Shown: positions 20,121 to 30,223 of the stretch, piece by piece
Layout of the letters: each line of letters begins with the position of its first letter
Numbering within the stretch: position 1 is the first letter of the stretch
Assembly: GCA_964544235.1 (NCBI GenBank)
Contig: CAZIZY010000013.1
Location: forward strand, 1-49,461
Direction of reading: 5' to 3'
Origin: an uncultured Nitrosopumilales archaeon
Lineage (GTDB): Archaea; Thermoproteota; Nitrososphaeria; Nitrososphaerales; CAZIZY01
Length of the DNA: 49,461 bases
Translations under genes and position numbers: made by a program
The notes under the pieces: model-generated
Told to the model about the DNA's origin: nothing
Seen by the model: only the letters and a program-made list of their open reading frames with translations
Database searches by the model: none

Positions 20121-20762
20121 TTAGAAGTCTATCTTTTCTGTCACTAATAGTGCGCCTATAATTACGTGTGTTAGGCAAGCAAGTCCCCAAGAGACAAAAC
20201 CAAGTGTACCTGCGCCTGAAGCTCCAATGAATGGTGTTAGAACGAATACAATTCCTGATATTACTAAAAGTCCTTTTGTCCAATCCATCATATTCTTAGG
20301 CTTTGAAGAACCTGAAATTGTAGCTAATCCAAGGATTATCAGTCCTGAACCCCAAATCCAAGGTAGTAAACTAGTTGTAGCAGCTGCCATATGGTTAATT
20401 ACACCAGCAGTCATCTTATCGCCAGTGCTATATAGCCAACCTGATGATTGCCATAGACTACCAGATACGATAAACATAGTTAATGATGCAGCAAATGCAA
20501 GTTTGGAAAATGCAAGAAGAGTTTTGTATGTTGAATCAGCTTTCTTTATTAATCTTTCAGTAATAATGAAAGCACCTGTTTGCATCATTCCAAATGAAAG
20601 CCCTCCCATGAAAAGGAATGCTATTGTAAGATTGTTTTCCGCTAATAATTTTGCGTTCTCTATTCCCGGATCAGTTTGTCCAGCAGGCCATAAACCTGCA
20701 AATAAGGCAAAGAGCATTATTGCTCCAATGCTCATAAAAATGCCAACTATTTTATTGCTCAT
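20121..20762 (-). CDS. Hypothetical multi-pass membrane protein
   Basis: 213 aa, about six hydrophobic segments, no motif recognised. Confidence 0.75.
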   Translation of the reverse strand: MSNKIVGIFMSIGAIMLFALFAGLWPAGQTDPGIENAKLLAENNLTIAFLFMGGLSFGMMQTGAFIITERLIKKADSTYKTLLAFSKLAFAASLTMFIVSGSLWQSSGWLYSTGDKMTAGVINHMAAATTSLLPWIWGSGLIILGLATISGSSKPKNMMDWTKGLLVISGIVFVLTPFIGASGAGTLGFVSWGLACLTHVIIGALLVTEKIDF

Positions 20763-20846
20763 AATATACTTTAATGATGTTTTTTTGAAGATATAACAAT
20801 TATGTTTAGAAACCCATAATTATTCATAGTTCCTTATTTATTTATC

Positions 20847-21353
20847 ATGATTATTCCATATGAAAAAATAACCCCTACAATTAACGAATCAGCATTTGTG
20901 GCAGAAACAGCCCAAGTAATTGGAAATGTTTTCTTAGAGGATCTTTCTAGTGTTTGGTTTAATAGTGTTCTTAGGGGCGATATGGATAAAATAATCATTG
21001 GAAAACGTTCAAATGTTCAAGATGGTTGTATACTCCATTCCGAAATTGATGGGCCTGTAATTATTGGTGAAAATGTAACTTTAGGTCATGGTGTTATAGC
21101 TCACAGCTGTAAAATTGGATCTAATACTCTTATTGGAATTGGATCTATAATTCTAGATAGTGTAGAAATCGGTAAAAATTGTATTATAGGTGCAAATTCT
21201 TTAGTTACTGAACGAACTAAAATTCCTGATAATACCGTCGCATGGGGTTCTCCAGCTAAACCTGTAAAAAAAACTGGAGATAAAGAACTTGCTTTGATAA
21301 AAGCTGGTGCTAACGCTTATGTTAACCTTTCAACGAAACATAGAAATTCTTAA
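20847..21353 (+). CDS. Gamma-carbonic anhydrase family hexapeptide-repeat protein
   Basis: SVWFNSVLRGD, NVQDGCILH, LGHGVIAHSC. Confidence 0.92.
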   Translation: MIIPYEKITPTINESAFVAETAQVIGNVFLEDLSSVWFNSVLRGDMDKIIIGKRSNVQDGCILHSEIDGPVIIGENVTLGHGVIAHSCKIGSNTLIGIGSIILDSVEIGKNCIIGANSLVTERTKIPDNTVAWGSPAKPVKKTGDKELALIKAGANAYVNLSTKHRNS

Positions 21354-21363
21354 AATTTAGTTA

Positions 21364-21969
21364 TTAGCTAATAGCTATTTCTGTCCCTGAATCTTCTTTT
21401 TCGTCTATTTTATTAATTTTAACCTCTAAAATACCATTTTTATAGCTACTCTTGGCTGTTTTTGTATTAACTCTCTTAGGAAGTGACAATTTCTTTGAAT
21501 ATTTGTGTTTTTCTGAATCAACTATTATATTTAGTTCTTTATTTGTCGCAGTTAATTTAATGTCACTCTTTTCAACTCCTGGAATTTCTGCTATTATTGT
21601 TAATTCTTTTTCTGATTCTAATACATCTACTAATGGCTCTCTTACTTCGTTAACACCTATTCCTGATTTTATTTCCGAATTCTTCATATTTCCAAATTGT
21701 CTTATTACTGGTTTACCTTCAGGTCCTATAGTTACTGAATAACCATATACAAATGGACCAATTTCCTTTTTTGTACTTCCATCTTCTTGTTTCTTTTCTC
21801 GGACTAAGTTATCAGGTATCTCTTCTGGAAACTCTTTAATTTGATTGTTGATTCTGTCTTCAAATTCTTTCATTAATTCCTCTAAATCTCCAGAGAACAT
21901 TTTAAATGGAAATTCTATATCAAATGGTAATTTTTTTTTATTGTTGAAGAATTCTTCATCCCAACTCAT
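21364..21969 (-). CDS. Small heat shock protein Hsp20
   Basis: GPFVYGYS, EPLVDV, AEIPGV, YKNGILEV. Confidence 0.93.
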   Translation of the reverse strand: MSWDEEFFNNKKKLPFDIEFPFKMFSGDLEELMKEFEDRINNQIKEFPEEIPDNLVREKKQEDGSTKKEIGPFVYGYSVTIGPEGKPVIRQFGNMKNSEIKSGIGVNEVREPLVDVLESEKELTIIAEIPGVEKSDIKLTATNKELNIIVDSEKHKYSKKLSLPKRVNTKTAKSSYKNGILEVKINKIDEKEDSGTEIAIS

Positions 21970-22030
21970 ATTACATTCAACCTATACTTTGTATATCTAC
22001 TATATAAATAATGTGATTTTCATATTTTAC

Positions 22031-25000
22031 TTATTTAACTTCACTTTCTTTATCCTTTAACCATTTTAAAGCATTTCCAAAAGCTTGTGCTGTTTCTAAT
22101 GTGGTCATCACTGGAATTCCAAGTTCAACTGCTTTTCGACGTATTGAATATTCATCTTCAAGAATATGCTTGTATTTCGAAAGTGTTTCAGTTGAAGGTA
22201 TATTTATTATTAGATCAAATTTTCTTTCTACCAAAAAGTCCTGTAAATTAGGTTTCTTTTCAATTTCATCCATCTTATATAATATCTTAATATTATCAAA
22301 TTTATTTTCCTTTAGATATTCCCCAGTATGTTTTGTACTGAATATTATGTATCCTGTTTCCTGAAGTTTTTTAACTATTGGTAAAATTCTTTTTTTATTT
22401 TTTTCGCCTCCAATTGTTATTAAAATATTACCATTTTCTTTTGGTATTTTGTATCCTGCAGATTGAAAAGCTTTGATTAACGCATCATTAAATTCTTCAC
22501 TTATGGCTGCGGCTTCTCCTGTTGATTGCATTTCAACTCCAAGATGAGGATCTGCTCCCTCAATTTGCATAAATGAAAATTGAGGAACTTTAATTCCTAT
22601 CAATTCTTTTTCTTTTTTCATTTGGGTTATTGGTAGTTTATTATTAATCATTGATTCCGCCGCGATATCTATCAAATTAATTCCTTTTACTTTTGAAACG
22701 AAAGGCATTGATCTTGAAGCTCTTAAATTACATTCAATCACTAAAACATTATTATCTTTCACTAAAAATTGAATGTTAAATGGTCCTTTTACTGAAAGAG
22801 ACTTTGCAATTTTTTCCGTATATTCAACTATTTTATCTTTAATTGATTGTTTTATAGTGTAAGGTGGAATTACCATTACTGCATCTCCTGAATGAATTCC
22901 TGCTTTATCTATATGTTCAATTATTGCACCTATGTATACTTCCTTTCCGTTACTTACCGCATCAACTTCAATCTCTAATGCATCTTGAATAAATTTACTA
23001 ATAACTACTGGATATTCTGGACTGATAGTTGTCGCTTTAATTAAAAATTTCTCTAGATCCTTGGATGTCCATATAACTTTCATTGCAGCTCCACTAAGAA
23101 CATACGAAGGTCTAACTAGAATTGGATATCCTACCTTCTTAACAAACATATTTACATCATTCATTGAGGAAAATTGTTCCCATTCAGGTTGTGCAATTCC
23201 AAGACTATCTAATAATTTACTAAATTTTGATCGATTTTCTGCTCCATCAATACTTTTACTATCACTTCCTATAATCTTAATTCCTTTTTCTCCAATTTTT
23301 GGCGCAATATTATTTGGAGTTTGACCACCAACTGAAGTTACTACTCCTTCTGATTTCTCTTTATCATTGATATCTAAAATTCGTTCAAGCTTTATTTCTT
23401 CAAAATATAATTTATCACTCATATCGTAGTCAGTTGATACCGTTTCAGGATTACAATTGATTATGATCACTTCATCAAATTTTCTTTTCTTGAGAGACCA
23501 AACCATATGCATTGTTGACCAATCGAATTCTACAGAGCTACCAATTCTGTACGTTCCTGAACCAAGAACAATAACTTTTTTACTTTCTTTAAATTCAATG
23601 TCGTCTTTTTTATCTCCATAAGTTAAATACAAATAATTAGTTTTAGCGGGCCATTCTGCAGCTAATGTATCAATTTGTTTTATTGCTGGTACAATTCCAT
23701 TTGTTATTCTTGTTTTTCTCACATGATCAAAAGTTGTTCCTGTAATAGATGCTATATTTTCATCTGAGAATCCTAGCTTTTTAGATTGATATAACATTTC
23801 AGCATGTGATTTATCTAAAATTCTTTTCGAGTTACTTCTTAATTCTTTGTCTAATTGAACAATATTGTTAATTTTATTGATAAACCAAGGATCAATAAAT
23901 GTTAATTCTCTTATTCTATCTACTTCCATTCCTAAACTAAGCGCTTTAGCTACATGAAAAATTATTTCGTCATTAGGATGATTCAATAGATCTTCAATGT
24001 TTTGTTCTACTTTTTCATCATCATCTAAATCCATTACATTGTCTTTATTGATATCTGACATTCTTACTGCTTTTTGTAGTGCTTCTTCGAATCTCCTGCC
24101 TACTGCCATTACTTCTCCTACTGATTTCATTTGTGGACCTAATATTCGACTAGATCTATCAAACTTAGTTAGATCCCACCGAGGCATTTTTAGAACTAAA
24201 TAGTCAAGTGAAGGCTCAAAGCAAGAAGTAGTTACTCCCGTAACTTTATTCGTTAACTCTGCAAGTGTATATCCTAAAGTTAATTTCGTTGCTATGTACG
24301 CAATTGGATATCCTGTTGCTTTAGATGCTAGTGCTGATGATCTTGAGAGCCGTGGATTAATTTCTATTACGTAAAATTTTTCAGAATTTGTATCCAGAGC
24401 AAATTGAATATTACATTCTCCTAAGATGTTACAAACTTCAGCTGCTTCAATTGATATTCTACGAAGCATATGGTATTCTCTATTGTTAATCGTTTGTGAT
24501 GGAGCTACAACAATATTATCTCCAGTATGAACTCTCATACTCAAAACATTTTCCATATCACATACAGTAATTGAATTTCCTGAACAATCTCTCATTACTT
24601 CAAATTCTATTTGTTTCCATTGCCCTACATATTTTTCTACTAAAATTTGATTTGCTAAGCTACTTGATAATCCTCTCTGGGCTATTTCGTCAAGTTCATA
24701 TTCATTAGATGCTAATCCTCCTCCTTTACCTCCAAGAGTATAAGCTACTCTGATAATTACTGGATATCCGATTTCTTTTGCAGCTTTTCTAGCTTCTTCA
24801 ACTGAATTTACATCTTTACTTTGAGGAACAGGTATTCCTGCTTTCCTCATTTTTTCCTTAAATAATCCTCTATCTTCCGTGGCTTGAATTCCTTCTATAG
24901 GTGTTCCTAATACTTTGACATTATTTCTTTGTAAAATATTTTTCTCTGATAATTCTACTCCACAATTTAAAGCTGTTTGTCCTCCAAATCCAAGTAAAAT

Positions 25001-25276
25001 ACCATCTGGTTTCTCTTTCTTTATAACTTCTTCAACATATTCTGGTGTTACTGGATAATAATATATCTTATTAGACATACGAAGATCGGTTTGAATTGTA
25101 GCTATGTTTGGATTAACTAATACTGTTTCTATATTTTCTTCTTTGAGAGCTTTAAGACATTGGCTACCGGAGTAATCGAATTAGTGGCTATTTTATTAGC
25201 TTTCACCTGCTTCTCCGATCTTTATTGCCCCACTCCCTAGAACAAGTATTTTCTTCAAATTTTCTCTTTTTATCAA
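22031..25276 (-). CDS. carB: Carbamoyl-phosphate synthase large subunit in two exons (25276-25202 and 25180-22031), 1074 aa after splicing
   Basis: TTG at 25276 follows the SD AAGGAGGTGA and overlaps the carA stop. Exon 1 reads MIKRENLKKILVLGSGAIKIGEAGE. Exon 2 reads FDYSGSQCLKALKEE..NPNIATIQTD and runs in frame into the 1015-aa track ORF. Confidence 0.93.
25181..25201 (-). other. Putative 21-nt BHB mRNA intron in carB
   Basis: AGCTAATAAAATAGCCACTAA; central helix GGTG/CACT, bulges AA^A and AA^T, inner helix GCTA/TAGC. Confidence 0.88.
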
Positions 25277-26427
25277 AGTTTCACCTCCTTAAGAATCATC
25301 GATCGAAATTCATCGAAGATAAATTCCGTATCATATGGTCCTGGTGTAGCTTCTGGATGAAATTGAACAGCTAAACAAGATTTATTTTCATGTTTCATAC
25401 CTTCAATCGTGTTATCATCTGCATTAACAAACCATTTTTTTAATCCTATTCCTTCTATTGATTTCTCATCAACTGAATAACCATGATTTTGACTTGTAAT
25501 ATAACTTCTATTTGAAGGTATTTCGATACATGCTTTGTTCTGACCACGGTGACCATATTTCATTTTATATGTATCTCCTTCAAGTGCTAACGCTATAAGT
25601 TGATGACCTAAACAAATTCCTAATAGCGGAATATTCATTTCTATTATTTCTTTTATTGTTTTTATTGTTGAAGAGCATATTTTAGGATCTCCTGGACCAT
25701 TACTTACAACTATCCCTGCTGGTTTATGTGATATTATGTCTTTAATTGGAGTATCATATCTCACTCTAACGACTTTGAATCCTTTTTTCACTAAATTCCT
25801 TAATATTCCATTTTTTATCCCACAATCAATTACTACTATCGTATTATGATATTGATTTCCAATTGTGTTAAAATTCTTATCAGTTACTTCTTCAACTAAA
25901 TTCATTTGTTCATATGTTTTTGTTTCTTGAAGATTATTTTTTAATTCAGATATGTCTATTGGTTTCTCTGATGTTTCAAGGATACTCATCATCACTCCAT
26001 GTGTTCTAATTTTTTGCGTTAAGAACCTTGTATCCACGTCACATATTCCTGGAATATCTTCTTCTAATAACCATTCATTAAGATTCTTAACAGACGCCCA
26101 ATGACTAGGTTTTTCACAAAGTTCATGAATTATCGTCCCTCTAACTTGAATTTTATTTGATTCGAAATACTTCGGAAATCCATATTCATCTTTATTCTCA
26201 TATTTTGGAACTCCATAATTTCCTATCAACGGATAAGTAAAACAAAGAATTTGTCCACCATATGAAGGATCGGTTAATGATTCTGTATAACCTACCATTC
26301 CAGTGTTAAATACGGCTTCTCCAGTTACACGTTTTGGTGCGCCAAATCCTTTACCTTTAATTATTGTCCCATCACTGAGAAGCAAAACTGCTTCAAGAAG
26401 TTTTGATTCTTTTGTAATCGATGGCAG
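25273..26427 (-). CDS. carA: Carbamoyl-phosphate synthase small subunit
   Basis: GEAVFNTGMVGY, SNGPGDP, GICLGHQ, QFHPE. Start uncertain: CTG 26427 proposed, track uses TTG 26385. Confidence 0.93.
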   Translation of the reverse strand: MPSITKESKLLEAVLLLSDGTIIKGKGFGAPKRVTGEAVFNTGMVGYTESLTDPSYGGQILCFTYPLIGNYGVPKYENKDEYGFPKYFESNKIQVRGTIIHELCEKPSHWASVKNLNEWLLEEDIPGICDVDTRFLTQKIRTHGVMMSILETSEKPIDISELKNNLQETKTYEQMNLVEEVTDKNFNTIGNQYHNTIVVIDCGIKNGILRNLVKKGFKVVRVRYDTPIKDIISHKPAGIVVSNGPGDPKICSSTIKTIKEIIEMNIPLLGICLGHQLIALALEGDTYKMKYGHRGQNKACIEIPSNRSYITSQNHGYSVDEKSIEGIGLKKWFVNADDNTIEGMKHENKSCLAVQFHPEATPGPYDTEFIFDEFRSMILKEVKL

Positions 26428-26515
26428 ATTGTGAACCCTTTAACGAGGGCGTCAATAATTGTATTTAAGGTTATATCTTTAATTAATTCTTTTTTACAAA
26501 TAGCTTTAAAATTTA

Positions 26516-26830
26516 TTATTCGTTTTTTGTAATTGAATATATATGGCGGCCATTTGTGCCCCCTACTTTATTTATTAATCCTTTATTCTCTAACTTCTTT
26601 AGCATTCTTACAGCTATTGATGCTCTAACTCCCAATACTTTTGATGCACCATAAATTGTTACTGCTTTAAGTGGTAATAATGTCTTTATTGCTTGTTCAT
26701 CCTTTAGATTTGGATCAATTACACTAGTTATTTTTTTACCCACAAATTTAGAATTCTGTTTATTCTGATTAAAACTACTTTCAGATTTATTATCATTATT
26801 CTTATTGAAAGAATTATTTTTTGAACTCAT
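26516..26830 (-). CDS. rps25e: 30S ribosomal protein eS25
   Basis: KAVTIY..A..LGVRASIA..MLKKLE.KG.I winged-helix pattern with a low-complexity N-terminus. Confidence 0.8.
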   Translation of the reverse strand: MSSKNNSFNKNNDNKSESSFNQNKQNSKFVGKKITSVIDPNLKDEQAIKTLLPLKAVTIYGASKVLGVRASIAVRMLKKLENKGLINKVGGTNGRHIYSITKNE

Positions 26831-26917
26831 ATAATTAAATTAATAATTATACTTCCTTATGATATTTTTGTTTTTGTTATTATAACTGAAATTATTTACT
26901 TTAAATTAATAAATTAG

Positions 26918-27023
26918 TAGCCCGGGCCAGATTCGAACTGGCGTCACCGGCTAACCCCTATGATTAAGATCCAGAGGCCGGTATCCGTAGCCCTTTGGGG
27001 TTTGGCCGCTAGACGACCGGGCT
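26918..27023 (-). tRNA. tRNA-Gln(CTG) with two introns (D-loop 15 nt, 26987-27001; canonical 37/38 18 nt, 26953-26970)
   Basis: Acceptor stem AGCCCGG/CCGGGCT, anticodon stem CCGGC/GCCGG, TTCGAAT loop. Removing both BHB introns gives a 73-nt cloverleaf. Confidence 0.92.
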
Positions 27024-27095
27024 TCAGTATATTCTTTAAAGTTGAATCGGTTAAGCATTGTGTTCAGAGTGATATTCAATATTTATTACAAAATA

Positions 27096-28244
27096 TTACT
27101 CATTAATTCTTTCTAAAATTGGTGTTGCATGCTTTAATGCGGTTCCTGCTTCTATATTTGATCCATCTAATCTTAAACACATTTCTAAAGCTGTCAACGC
27201 CGCTATTACTTCTTTTGCAGTTACATTTCCAAAGTGCCCTATTCTTAGAGCCTTATCCCTAAGTTCTCCTAATGCAGTTGATAAGTGTACTCCAAATTTC
27301 TTTAACATCATTTTTTGTAGTTCTACCGCATTATCTCTATGAGTATAAAATGCAGTAACTGTGTTTGCTCTATATCCTTCTTCTGCAACTATATTACATC
27401 CTATTGAAGTCACTCCACTTCTAAACGCATCTGCGATTATCTCATGACGTTTCCATCTGTTTTCTAAACCTTCTTCTTTTATTATTTTAAGAGATTCTCT
27501 TAAAGCAAAAATTGATTGAACACTTGGTGTTGCAAGATATCTTTTTGGGTTATCCATTATTTTTTTCCATCTTAATAAATTCATATAATATGATTTAATT
27601 GGAGTTTTTCTCGATTCAAAAGCTTCTATTGCTTGTTTAGATATCGCTAATACAGCTACCCCGGGGATGCTAGCTATCGCTTTTTGTGAACCTGTTAACA
27701 CTATATCTGCATTTAATTCGTCAAAATTTATTTTACATCCAGCTATTCCTGCAACTGTATCTACTACTGTATATGCATTATTTTCTTTTGAAACTTTAAC
27801 AAGTTCGTTAATAGGATTTTCTACTCCTGTAGATGTTTCCACATGGGTCATAAATACCGCTTTGTAATCGCCTTTTTCAAGCTCTTGTTTTAAGATTTCA
27901 GGTTTAGCTGCCCCTCCAATTTCTGGCTTAATTTCAGTTACATTTGCACCATGAATTCTATTAATTTCAGAGAATCTTTCTCCAAAATATCCTGTAGCAT
28001 AAACTATTACATTATCACCTGGTTCTATTAGACTTATTACACTTGATTCCATTCCTACTGTTCCTGATCCAGTAATTAATATTGGTTCTCCTCCACCAAA
28101 AAGATATTTAGTTAATTCTATTGTTTCAACAAATGCCTCATACATTTCTTTTCCCATGTGAGATATTTGTGGACTACTCAAAATCTGAGTAACTCGTGGA
28201 TCTACCATTGTTGGACCTGGAGTTAGTAAAATTTCTTCTTTCAT
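27096..28244 (-). CDS. Class V PLP aminotransferase (serine-pyruvate/alanine-glyoxylate family)
   Basis: LLTPGPT, GSGT, HVETSTG, GSQKA, RIGHFG. Confidence 0.92.
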   Translation of the reverse strand: MKEEILLTPGPTMVDPRVTQILSSPQISHMGKEMYEAFVETIELTKYLFGGGEPILITGSGTVGMESSVISLIEPGDNVIVYATGYFGERFSEINRIHGANVTEIKPEIGGAAKPEILKQELEKGDYKAVFMTHVETSTGVENPINELVKVSKENNAYTVVDTVAGIAGCKINFDELNADIVLTGSQKAIASIPGVAVLAISKQAIEAFESRKTPIKSYYMNLLRWKKIMDNPKRYLATPSVQSIFALRESLKIIKEEGLENRWKRHEIIADAFRSGVTSIGCNIVAEEGYRANTVTAFYTHRDNAVELQKMMLKKFGVHLSTALGELRDKALRIGHFGNVTAKEVIAALTALEMCLRLDGSNIEAGTALKHATPILERINE

Positions 28245-28300
28245 AATTTTTCATACTTTATATTTCTTCCTTACAGAAAAACTATTCTATTCTTTTATCC

Positions 28301-30199
28301 CTATATTTTGTTTGGAGATTCAATTCCAAGTAAATCTAGTGTTTTTGTAATTGTATTCATGAATGCTTTTACTAATATTATTCTACTTTCTTTCAACTTA
28401 AGGTCATCTGTTTTAATTACAGGACATTTTTCATAAAATTCATTAAATGAAACTGCTAAAGACCAACAATATCTTGCAAGATGTTTTGGCGCTAAATTAT
28501 TAACTGTATCTTCCACAGCTATATCAAATTTTGATATGTTTCTGATCAATTTTTTTTCTGATGGCTCTATTAATAACTTCGTAACTTCTTCAGATACATC
28601 TATTCTATAATCCACTTTCTCTAGAATTCTAGAAGCTCGAGCTTTAGAATAAAGTAAATATGGCCCCGTTTCTCCTGTCAGTTTTAATGAATCAGAAATA
28701 TCAAATGTGATTATTTTATCTAGATCTTGTTTTAACATCTCATATCTTATTGATGAAGTTGTAATTGTTTCTGAAATATTTTTAATCCAATCATCATTTT
28801 CATTGGGATTTCTTAACTTAGTTTCTGAGTATGCTTTTTTATTTAGCGTGTCTAACAAATAATCTGCATTTACATAAGTTCCCTTTCTTCCAGACATGTG
28901 AACCATTGAATTACCATCTAAAGATAACCCAAATTCTTGAGCTGTTCTTTTGTTTAAAGTTACGACTTCATATTTTAAATGTTGGTAATTCTTAGCGACA
29001 TTTTCTCCATGTAACTGTTTAATTATCCATGTTACTATTTGTTGTAATCTTGTTTGTCTTGAATCAATAACCGTTATACTCTTTTCGACACCATTAAAAG
29101 AGAAATTATTTGATTTATTGTCTTTATCAGATGTAGCCCATATGGATGAACCATCTGATTGAGTTATAAATTCTTTATATTTGAATCTATCATCTATTAT
29201 TCCCAGTTTCCAAAATGCATTAGCGAGATCTTTAGCAATATACGTTGTTGTTCCATCACTTCTCACTAATACTTTTTCATCTCCTTCTACATCCACAATT
29301 ATGCATCCATCTAATTTACCTCCTTTAACTTTTTTAGCTATATTCCTCTTTTGTATTTTCTGAAGAACTTCTTCCCAAAGTTCACTATTCAAAATACTTG
29401 ATTCAAAACATAAAATATTATATTTCGCTCCAACTCTCCAACAAGTTTTCAATTGTTCTTCTAAGATTCTTTTTGATATATCTTTAGCGAATATTGAAAT
29501 TGCCGAATTATTTTTCTCCATTTCTTTTAATATTTGTTTAACTTTTAATTGGAGTTCTTCACTACCCTCAATTTTTTCATTAGCTTTTACATATACTGTA
29601 TCACCACAATAATGATCAAATTTTGTATTTGATGGCGAAGTAGTAGAAAATTTTAAATCTTTAAATCCTAGTATTAATTCTGCAACTTGTATTCCTGAAT
29701 CATCAATATAATTCATAATTGTCACATCATGATTAGTGAATTCTAATATTCTTGATATTGTATCTCCTAAAATTACATTTCTTAAATGTCCGACATGTAA
29801 AGCTTTATTGTGATTTACACTTGTATGTTCTACCATTACCCTCTTTTTATTTCCAATATTAATACTTCCATAGTCCTTGTTTTCTACCGCTAATTTTAGT
29901 ACTTTAGCCGAAAAAGTTGAATATTTTATTCTAAAATTTATATATCCATTTTCATGTGCGTATACTTCTTCAATTAAATCTAATTTTTCGTCTTTTATCA
30001 ACGAAATAATTTCTTCAGCAATTTCTTTAGTGTCTTTTTTAAGTATTTTTGTTAATTGAAAAGAAATATTTGTAGAAAGATCACCTAATTCAGGTTTTGG
30101 TGATTCTTCTAAATTAAATTGAATCTGAGATTGACCTATTTCTTCTGTAATTCTTGTAAGTGATTCTTTCGTTTGTGTTTTTAATTCTCGAAATGTCAT
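28301..30199 (-). CDS. argS: Arginine--tRNA ligase
   Basis: EHTSVN.NKALHVGHLRN, RSDGTTTY, MSGRKG, GETGPY, FNEFY. Confidence 0.96.
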   Translation of the reverse strand: MTFRELKTQTKESLTRITEEIGQSQIQFNLEESPKPELGDLSTNISFQLTKILKKDTKEIAEEIISLIKDEKLDLIEEVYAHENGYINFRIKYSTFSAKVLKLAVENKDYGSINIGNKKRVMVEHTSVNHNKALHVGHLRNVILGDTISRILEFTNHDVTIMNYIDDSGIQVAELILGFKDLKFSTTSPSNTKFDHYCGDTVYVKANEKIEGSEELQLKVKQILKEMEKNNSAISIFAKDISKRILEEQLKTCWRVGAKYNILCFESSILNSELWEEVLQKIQKRNIAKKVKGGKLDGCIIVDVEGDEKVLVRSDGTTTYIAKDLANAFWKLGIIDDRFKYKEFITQSDGSSIWATSDKDNKSNNFSFNGVEKSITVIDSRQTRLQQIVTWIIKQLHGENVAKNYQHLKYEVVTLNKRTAQEFGLSLDGNSMVHMSGRKGTYVNADYLLDTLNKKAYSETKLRNPNENDDWIKNISETITTSSIRYEMLKQDLDKIITFDISDSLKLTGETGPYLLYSKARASRILEKVDYRIDVSEEVTKLLIEPSEKKLIRNISKFDIAVEDTVNNLAPKHLARYCWSLAVSFNEFYEKCPVIKTDDLKLKESRIILVKAFMNTITKTLDLLGIESPNKI

Positions 30200-30223
30200 T
30201 TTCCCTCTAATCCTAAATAATAA

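Noticed and set aside
22031-25078. Track ORF starting at ATG 25078 taken as the full CarB
   Set aside because: It omits 59 conserved N-terminal residues, and the SD and TTG lie at 25276.
29795-29830. ArgRS motif reads SVNHNK instead of SVNPNK
   Set aside because: A single substitution that may be a variant or base error; the rest of the gene is intact.
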